Below are positions 1 through 64,000 of a stretch of DNA of 64,000 nt, one piece after another. Position 1 is the stretch's first letter; each line of letters starts with the position of its first letter. Made by a program: the position numbers and the translations under genes. The stretch is from positions 110,856,001-110,920,000 of the forward strand of contig OX597818.1 of the NCBI GenBank assembly GCA_951406725.2, written 5' to 3'. The stretch comes from Octopus vulgaris (Eukaryota). Below the pieces are notes generated by a model. That model did no database searches. It was not told the origin of the DNA and saw only the letters and a program-made list of their open reading frames with translations.

Positions 1-539
1 CCTTTGCTGGTATGGGTTGGACAATTCTGACAGGACCTGGCAAATCAGAAGACTGCACCAAACTCTACTGTCTGCTTTGACATGGCTTCCACACCTGGAT
101 GCCCTTCCTAACACCAACCACCTTACAATGCTTTTATATGTCACCAACCGCAGTGATGTGATCGAGTGAAGGTCCTTCTAGTATTGAGGGAGGTGGCTTT
201 GTGCCAGGTGATGAGAAGTGAAGGTATGAACAGAGGGACAGAAAAAGGCATCTTGCAGTGGACGAGATACACGGCTACCTCAGTTGAAGGGAGGTAAGAT
301 GAAGATGTGGCAGATTGTGTGTGTGTGTGTGGGGGGGGCAAGGACATAAAGGTATCTCCTTTATGGTCTTGATTTTACTGCATGGATTTTTTTCATGCAT
401 AGCAAATTCAAATTGTGTTGGTCTTTTGTTATCTGCTCTATGAAGTTTAACATCATGTTGATCATTTTACATCATGCCTTCCTCTTCCCTCCAGATTTAG
501 AGATTAGCACTTCTTTATGCAGCTATCTTCATCCATACA

Positions 540-910
540 CATCTTGTGGCCATGCTAGCACATACTTCTCTCCTGCACACTATATCCAATGCCTTTTATG
601 CCCCCAACACATTTGCACTTTGTTGTATATGCACATCCAGCAGAGCATGTTGGCTTTGTTTCTTTCAAGCTTTCACAGTCCATGTTTCACTGTCATGTAG
701 CATAGCTGTTTGTACACAGGCATCGTGCAATCTACCTGAGAAGACGACCTTTGTAACTAACAAAGATAGCAGCTCTCTGAACTTTACTCAGCCAGTTCTT
801 ATTCTAGCAACTACACTTTCAGAGCAATTCCCCCCACTTCTTATTTCATCACCCAGGTCACAAGAACTATCTACGACTTCAAAGGACCCCCTCGAGCATT
901 TGAGGAAACC
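540..910 (-). mobile_element. Degenerate RTE LINE fragment (C-terminal RT region)
   Basis: Similar to the reverse complement of 18380-18800 (tacacaggcatcgtgcaatct, cttattctagcaactacactttc). Confidence 0.65.
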
Positions 911-2414
911 TATTTGCTATGTTTTGATTCTGTATTTGGTTTACAAGATTCTTTATGTGAATTTGTGTGTTGAAGCATATTTTATTGCCTGTGGAGAGTC
1001 ATTCTCTTTTAATGCCTTATTAATTAACACACTCACTGGTTCAGTTTCCACTCATTTACTTTTTTTTTTCTAAAATTCTCACTGCTTCTTGCAACTTAGA
1101 AATAAATAAATAAGTGGAAATTGAACTGGTGAGTGTGTTAATAAGGCATTGAAACAGAATGACTCTTTCCAGACACAACAAAATATTCACTATGGGTTCG
1201 CAGTCTTTAAAAGAGCACCATTCTTTTCTACTTGAGGCACAAGGCCTGAAATTTTGGGGGAGGGAGACTGTCGATAAGACCGACCCCGGTACACAACTGG
1301 TACTTAATTTATCAACCCCAAAAGGATGAAAGGCAAAGTTGACCTCAGCAGAATTCGAACTAAGAGTACCATTGCCAAAGAACTGCAAGTGTTGGGAACG
1401 GACTATGAGGACATTCGATACAAGTTGTGTGTACTAAGCAAAGGCCAATTCATGTCTGCAAGGACACAGGAAATCCTTTTGATCATCTGTGCTGAATAAT
1501 TACTTGAAAGGTTAAAACCTGTTGTGAATATGGCATGCTTTGGTTCTTTTGATGAGAAAAACTAAGAGAAGAAATGACTGAGGGTTGCGCAGATCCTTTT
1601 AATGTGCAAGTAGTGATGCACACTATTTCCAGTAATTGTGATGGTTTTTGAAGTGGTGAGTTACAAAGGTCGTGTCATGCTACCACATACATTTCCTCAG
1701 GGTCCTAGAATTAATGATGGTGTCACACAGCTGGCACATAAAATGCACTTTTTAAGCATTGGGCTTCACGGTGGCAAAGTGGCTGAGCTCATTTCAAGTG
1801 TTTAGTCTCACGGAGGCAATGACCAAGACCTTTGGCATTGTCATGCTTGAGAAGAAGACCTATCGAAACAAATAAAACCACAGTTGTGGCAGATAGCAGC
1901 ATCATGCAAAGGGCATCCATGCTAGTGGCACATAAAATCACGCATTACACTCATGGACTGGTTGGTATTAGGAAGGGCATCAATCTGTAGAAGTCATAGA
2001 AAATCAGACTGGACCCTGGTGCAGCCTCCCAGCCCTGGTCAAACCATCCAACCCATGCCAGCATGGACAACGGATGCCAAATGATAATGACAATGAAACA
2101 GGTCCAGTACTTGAAGACATCAACTTAATGTCAAATGATTCCAACATAACTGTAGAGAAAAGAATTTTTTTATTTTCACATGATGTCCATTGAATAAATC
2201 TCATTCTTTTACTGCTCTTGGAGCAACTGAAGAACTAAGGTTGCAGATGAAAAACTGATGCATTCTGTTTTGGAGAATTTGTCTTATTCTTGGTTGCATT
2301 CAGAGGAAGAGGTAGGTTGTCTTGATAACATCAATGATCTTTTATGCTCCTCCTTTCAGATGAATTCAGTGATTACTGTGGCCAGTGAAAGCATTTTAAA
2401 TTCTCAACTCATTG

Positions 2415-2705
2415 GTTATGAGTGCTCCAGTTGATCCAATCAATGGAACGGCCTGCTTGTGAAATTAACGTGCAAGCTGGCTGAGTACTCCTCAGACACA
2501 CATAGCCTTAACGTAGTTCTCAAGGAAATTCAGCACGACACAGAATGTGACAAAAGCAGCTCTTTGAATTACAGGTACTGTTCATTTTTGCCAGCTGACT
2601 GGACTGGAGCAACGTGAAATAAAGTGTCTTGCTCAAGAGCACAACAGGACATATAACCTTATGATCATGAGCTGAATACCCTAACCACTAATCCACGGGC
2701 TTTCA
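2415..2705 (-). mobile_element. tRNA-derived SINE family copy (related copy ~27000-27210)
   Basis: Shares gccagctga.tggactggagcaacgtgaaat..agtgt.ttgctcaaga and ccctaaccact (A-box complement) with 27070-27200. Confidence 0.6.
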
Positions 2706-3142
2706 CAGCTGGATCAGTAAATTATGAACATTCAGTATTGTTGAGTGATAATCAGATATATTTACAAGAATTTGAGGAAAGTTGTCAAAATGAGGGCTCT
2801 GAGAAGAAATATATAATGTTCTCTTAATTGCTGGCAATGATGCAGTATTTCATTTTGCCAACATTATATACCATTAGGTATATTAAAGTTTACAAGTCAA
2901 TATTGTGTTTTACCTTGTGTTAGCAGTGCAGTGTTCACATATGCAAGTTTATCTCTAAAGATTTTTGATAGAATTCAGAGCCGGTCCCCTGTTGTAAGTT
3001 GCAGTGCTGGCTCCGAGTTCTATCCAAAATCTATAGCAGTGGTTCTCAACCTGTGGTCCTCAAAGGTAGTACTGGGGTGGGTGGGTGGAGGGGGGGGGGG
3101 CTCCATGAACTAAATTAAGAATTTCATATACATGTATATATA

Positions 3143-3620
3143 TCATCATCATCATCATCATCGTTTTACATCCGCTTTCCATGCTGGCATGGGTTGGATG
3201 GTTTGACTGGGGATCTGGGAAGCCTGGAGGCTGCACCAGACTCCAATTTGATCTGGCAGTGTTTCTACAGCTGGATGTCCTTCCTAATGCCAACCACTCT
3301 GAGAGTGTAGTGGGTGCTTTTACGTACCACCAGTACAAGGGCCAGTCAGGCGGTACTGGCAACAACCATGCTCAAAAGGTGTTTTTACATGCTACCTGCA
3401 CAGGAGCGTCTGGCAGCACTGGCAACAGCCATGCTCAAATGTTGTTTTTCACATGCTGGTAAAGCAATGCTGGCAACGATCACACTCAAATGGTGCCACC
3501 AGCATGGGAGCCAATCCATGGCCTTGGCAACGATCATGCTCAGATGTGTTTTTAACATTCCACTGGCATGAATGCCAATCAGGCGGTACTGTCATCAGCC
3601 ACGTCAGCAATTTTGATTTG
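3143..3620 (-). mobile_element. RTE-3'-tail repeat (SINE or truncated LINE) with (CAT)n end
   Basis: Reverse complement of the tail of the RTE copy at 59245-59557. Further copies at ~1-140, 1880-2095, 15335-15875, 27630-28065, 31725-32380, 35390-35755, 38240-38585, 47240-47545, 61990-62590. Confidence 0.8.
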
Positions 3621-3719
3621 TTTACACTTGCCTCAATAGGTCTTTGTAAGCAAGCAAAGTTCCTTGTCCAATGAATGAGGGGTACTCATAAGTGGGTTGG
3701 TTACACCCCACATCATATA

Positions 3720-3763
<44 letters not shown>

Positions 3764-4076
3764 AGGGAATATTATTCCTAACTAATTCCATTTATTTTCC
3801 CAAATATAATATATATATATAAATTAGAGGGAATATTATTCCTAACTTACAGGGAAAAATTCCATTTAGAAATAGTAAATCAAATTTCCCCAAATATAAT
3901 ATATATATATAAATTAGAAAAAAATAATTCTACCTTCTATCAATTCAAAAGGAACAATTAAATTACACCATCTAGAAAATTACATATAATAGAAATATTA
4001 AATATAAAATAACAATAATATACCGATGATTAAGTAATGTGCAAAATAATAAATAAAACATATATATTTGGTAGAG

Positions 4077-4319
4077 TAATGACACGTGTTTCGTGGCTGT
4101 ATCTAAGAAATGATTATATTAAAAAAACACCGTCACGGTGCCCTTAACCTGCAAAGGGAGGTAATTCCGATGAAGCGGAAACCACACACGGACCATGGTT
4201 TCAAGGTGTATTGCCTATCATCGGCGTGTGGTAGGCCTCCGCTTCCTCGACGAATTCTCACTCTGCAGGATAGTAGTCGTAAAATCACTTTGATATAAAT
4301 ATAGCCACTCATCAGGTTA
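4077..4319 (-). ncRNA. Type I hammerhead-ribozyme-like motif with ~200-nt insert in stem II
   Basis: Minus strand: taac-CTGATGA-GTGGCT...AGCCAC-GAAACACGTGTC-atta. Palindromic stem III; GUC cleavage triplet. Confidence 0.6.
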
Positions 4320-4419
4320 AAAATAAACTACAATAATAAAATAATTAATAAATATATGTAAATAATCTTTTAAAATATATGTATATATATATATATATAT
4401 GTGTATATATATATATATA

Positions 4420-4922
4420 AATCAAAACAAATCAAAATAGATGAAGATCAATGGAATTTGTATCTTTGTGGTACCAGTGCCGGTGGCACGTGGCACACAA
4501 GAAAACCATCCGAACGTGGCCGTAGCCAGTACTGCATCGACTGGCCTCCGTGCTGTGGGCACGTAACAAACACCATCCGATCGTGGCCGTTTGCCAGCCT
4601 CATCTGGCACCTGTGTCGGTGGCACATAAAAACACCATCCGAGCGTGGCCGTCTGCCAGCCTCGTCTGGCACCTGTGTCGGTGGCACATAAAAAACACCA
4701 TCCGAGCGTGGCCGTTTGCCAGCCTCGTCTGGCACCTGTGTCGGTGGCACATAAAATCACCCACTATACTCTCGGAGTGGTTGGCGTTAGGAAGGGCATC
4801 CAGCTGTAGAAACACTGCCAGATCTGACTGGACTGGTGCAGCTTTCGGGCTCCCCAGACCCCAGTTGAACCGTCCAACCCATGCTAGCATGGAAAGCGGA
4901 CGTTAAATGATGATGATGATGA

Positions 4923-4925
<3 letters not shown>
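4420..4925 (+). mobile_element. RTE-3'-tail repeat with internal ~60-bp tandem units, (GAT)n end
   Basis: Repeated caccatccgagcgtggccgt...ctggcacctgtgtcggtggcacataaaa units, then the conserved tail ggcgttaggaagggcatccagc. Confidence 0.85.
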
Positions 4926-4949
<24 letters not shown>

Positions 4950-4958
<9 letters not shown>

Positions 4959-6420
4959 CTAAATATACATTAAGTGAAAACTAAATATAATACTTTAAAT
5001 TATACAATACTTTAAAATTAATTAACATACACAATGCTATTACAAGCCATTAATACTGGAATTAAAATAAGAAATGGTTCAAATATAGACAATCTCATTA
5101 AATAAACTAACTATATAATTAATATATATGTGTAGTTTCTATAGATTTAAAATATCACTCAATAATATAGTTGACCAGAATATCAATTAATATAAAACCT
5201 AATTTACTTAAATTTAATACTACTTAATAAATATACCACCTAATTATTAAATAATATATTGTCTAACAAAATTAATTCTCAAATTAAATTAAATGTAATA
5301 CATTAGATCCCTTTATTAAAAATAATAATAAATCATTCTAAATAAACAGATATAATAATTAATAACTATCATAACTTATAACTATCAATATATATAAAAA
5401 TGATATAATGGCGAAAATTATTTACTAATGAAAAGTAAGAAAAACATCTAAGCCTCATAAATTAAAGAAAGGTGCAAAAAATATTAGAACAAATAAACAA
5501 AACACTATGAAGACATTCAACCACAACCAACAGTCCACTATAAATCCAGTCAATAAAAATAATAATAATAACAACAACAATCAAACTGAATAAAATACAA
5601 GTTCCAAATAATATTGATAAACAAACAATGTTACGAAGTTTATCGATTAAATTAATTTATCTGGATCTTAAATGTATAAAAATAGGTTTAGCGTCTTATT
5701 AATATACCCAATGCTATTACTAGTCATGAATAATACAATCAAAAATAGGAAATAGTTCAAATATACACAAACCCATTATATAAACTAACTATATTATTAA
5801 TATATATGTAGTAGCTACAGATTTAATATTTCGAACGATAATAAAGTTGAACAAAATATTAATTAATATTTTAGTCTAACGAAACTAATTCTCAAATTTA
5901 TTTATATGTAAAACGTTAAATCCCTTTATAAAAATATATAGATATCATAACTAATAACGTTTGTTACTAATAACTATCAAGAAACTATAAATAAATAATA
6001 ATATTTCAACAACAATAATAACAATAACAATAATAATAATTTCAAACCCAAAACGATTCAAAATCCAAATAATATAGATAATATATAAAATGTAACTTAA
6101 CTTGTCGAAGGAAAAATGTAACTGAATTTTAAATGTAAAAAAATAGTTCTTAGCGTTTATAAAATTTAACGCACAAAGACTTTGTGCAAACAAATAGAAT
6201 AAATTCTCAATGAAAATGGCAAATCATTTTAACACTCCAACTCATTGAGAAATAACACTTGAAAAGAAAACAGATATATAAACAATCAACATTAAAATTC
6301 AAATGGTGCTTTTTAAAAATTTTATTTGTATTTTTAAGTGATGTAAACTTTTTTATTAACAATATATTTTTATAGGAACAAAAGAAAAATAACACTAAAA
6401 GTACAAAAAAATCAAACTAT
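4950..6420. repeat. Very AT-rich low-complexity tract with internal ~270-bp imperfect duplication (5030-5320 vs 5710-5940)
   Basis: caatgctatta...ttcaaatata...taaactaactata...ctaac.aaa.taattctcaaatt occurs twice. Confidence 0.55.
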
Positions 6421-7159
6421 TGAGAAAAAAACCCCACAAGCACCTCACAAAGGTAATAAAGAAAATGAAGAAAGAGGGTGGGGATCAAGCAGACAATGGG
6501 GGTGGGAGCAATGGACATGACCACAAAGATGTTGCTGTGGAGAATGGCTAGTGATAACCACTACAACAGCTATTGCACTTCACAGGGTCCACCTTCAGAT
6601 GGGCTACAGCTATCCTGACTCTACTATGGAAACTGACAATGTGAAGTTTGAGGACACTCAAGATGTTGACAGCAAAGCAGCACAGACTGATAGCAGCTGG
6701 CCAGACTCTTATATTTGTTTACTTTTCTCTCCTCTGCATTACAGGTGAGTTTACAGCTGATGCAGAAAGACTGGAGGTGAAGAACTTGTTGCAGCATGTT
6801 GTGTCCCAGATTAGATGTCTGACTCCCTTGTATGGAAAGAGGCTTATTCTGCTGGAGTGTTTTATCATTCCCACAGTTAAGACTCAGCTCCAGTCATGTC
6901 AAGGACCCTTTTAATTATGTTGTTCAGAGAATGTTGGGCGAACTGGCCTTAACCCTAATTAGATTTCACCTTAATTATCTATAATGAAATGGAATACATG
7001 TCTTTTTCATTTTGATACACTTCTGAATTTAACTTTTCTTTTTGTCATTTCAGAAATAAATGGTACTTTAAAAATGAATTTATAATAGAAATAAAACATA
7101 AAAATTAGCGTTGCTATCTTTCTTCTATTAACATAGAATGTTCTGCTAAAAATGTTCAC

Positions 7160-7165
7160 TTTATT
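7160..7165 (-). promoter_or_regulatory. Candidate polyadenylation signal AATAAA for the minus-strand gene (alternative at 7376-7381)
   Basis: tttatt on the + strand, downstream of the stop codon. The motif is common by chance in AT-rich DNA. Confidence 0.3.
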
Positions 7166-7552
7166 GTGTAAAATAATCCACAAAAAAGAGTAAGGATATT
7201 ATCTCTGTGATGCATCTTGCAAACCATTAACAATGAAGGGGTAGACTGGACTTGAAAGCAGGTAAAGAAATATACCGAGAGAATAAGTTATGCTGAATTT
7301 TAATCGTTATAGTATAGCTTTAGTTAAGCTATACACAAAAAAATTAACGGAGACCCAGGATGTGTTAGTGAAAGATTTATTTAGTTGAATACGAGGGCTA
7401 TAAGTGTATGCTTAAGCTATCTCCCTCAGGGTTACAGAAAACTATCTCCCTCGGATTATTACTTGTTCCCCTCTACGGCTCCTGGTGGTTGCAATGTTTC
7501 ATCAACCAAAAGTAGGAAGAAACTTCACTGAAGGAATTCTTTATCTTGAAAG

Positions 7553-7720
7553 ACAAGAACTGGTATCAACATGGAATCAAAGAATTGGCAGAAAAGTGAC
7601 TTCAGATGGTGCAGCGTGATAGCTTCTACTTTGAATGTTAGGCTGATTTTGTTGTAACTTGATGAAAAATAGCAAATAAGTTATTAAAACATTGCAAAGC
7701 TTTTGATTCAACACGATACT
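7553..7720 (-). mobile_element. Fragment homologous to the 5' end of the Tx1/L1-like element (41980-42140)
   Basis: agaaaagtgacttcaga...ctactttgaatg.taggctg..tttgttgtaacttgat is shared by both sites. Confidence 0.65.
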
Positions 7721-7933
7721 TTCTAAAATGTGGTGCTCCAGCATGGCTGAAGCCACATGGCTGAAATGAGTGAAAGAGTATAATGATCCTATAGATTAGT
7801 CTTTCAATAATTCATTATGATATAAACTCTGTTGATTATAATAGAAAAACAATGTTAAAAAAATTAAGAGATTTAAGAGGTTATTCCACTTTGAAGAAAA
7901 GTGGTATTGAGAAAAAAAAAAACCTTGCAGCAA

Positions 7934-62758
<54,825 letters not shown>

Positions 62759-64000
62759 CTATAAATATTCAAAATGAAACCATATGTTTAGACTTTCATA
62801 ATAAACTGAATGATTTAACATCTGCAGTTCTATTTTACCATGTAATTGACTCTTCAATCAAACTGGATATTGCCTCACTTCCTGAAGCAATTGGTTGTTT
62901 TGCTTCTCTACATCCACAGCAACATCAAATTTCTGATATTTCAGGAACATTGGAATAATTCCAAAACAAATTCTTTCAACCAACTTTGTACGGTAGGAAA
63001 ATTAAAGTAATCATTTCTAAACAATGCACAAGATCACACATTTTGTAGGGGTCTAAGTATTTGCAACACAGAGCTTGACTAATAAAGGAATGTGGTCTAC
63101 TAATTAGGGTTTTAACTTCACAATTATAAAGTAATGGCTTTGCTTCCTGGACCAAGAGGTACATTATGCCCCTGAGTAAAACGGTTCAGTAAATTTCCCT
63201 CTAATCTACTTAGCTGAGAATATGCAACAGCTGAGTGATGCTGGAGCCCTCTCTCAATCCAGCTATCATGTCCTCACTGTTGGGTGAAAGGTAGGATGGT
63301 TGAGGAGTTGTTTGTATTGAATTGTCACTGCATAGACACATAAAACACTTAGTGAAAGTATGGTTTCATGTTACCAGATTATATTATTTTGTGTGAAATA
63401 GCTATGGGGTTATTTTTGTGGATTATTTTTCTAAATACTTGACTAATATTTTCTGAAATCAGAAAGGATGAAAGACAAAATTGACAAATGTGAGATTCAA
63501 AATCAGGCAATAATCCCCCACTTCATTACAAGAAGTTGCAAAATATTCATTGCATTTTGAATAAAAAAAAAGTTTTGGATATACTGGATCTTACAGTATC
63601 CAGATATAGTTTTTGGGTAAGGAAAGAAGACAAAATGGTATCACTTTGAACAACATTGCTCATTCAGAACCTAGCTGGAATTAAGCCTTTCAGAGTGAAT
63701 GCACCCATATCCAGCCTCAATATTCTGTTTAATATTTACACCAACCACATCTAACTTCCCATATCATCAAGTCTTAAAGCTGTACCAAATTACTAATATT
63801 GAAAAGAGATGTAGAATTCCAAAACAAAGAAGCAAAATATGTTTCAGGAAGAAAATAAATCTAATCTCTAGTTCCTAACAGAAAAGGGCCATCACAGAAG
63901 GCAACATATAATCATTTCATTTGCTAAAATATAGCAGCCAAATTGTTATCGACTATCATCTTTGAAATAGCATCAGCTTGTATTAAGTTCCTCAATTTCA

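Noticed and set aside
6430-6914. Possible plus-strand exon(s) near acag|gtgagt (6741-6750)
   Set aside because: No consistent partner exons and no recognisable protein motif; probably decayed repeat.

Overview
AT-rich, microsatellite- and retroelement-dense eukaryotic DNA. The repeat content (RTE-clade LINEs with (GAT)n tails, tRNA-derived SINEs) looks like octopus/cephalopod genome; the taxon is an inference. Almost none of the listed ORFs are genes. By reading splice sites by hand I reconstructed one minus-strand gene with 15 coding exons (62758 to 7934, 5' end outside the window). All introns are GT-AG, all 14 junction phases agree, and the joined CDS is 1869 nt with no internal stop (622 aa + stop). 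The protein has (i) a 33-aa repeat built from alternating 34-nt and 65-nt exons, (ii) a divergent SEP-like domain with no UBX, and (iii) an ~290-aa Ala/Glu/Lys helical tail. The introns and downstream DNA hold RTE, CR1-like and Tx1/L1-like LINE fragments, mariner/Tc1 relics, SINEs, several long fold-back elements, and at least five distinct Penelope-type hammerhead-ribozyme-like motifs. One of these has a ~200-nt rod-like insert in stem II. Repeat boundaries are approximate; exon coordinates were counted base by base.
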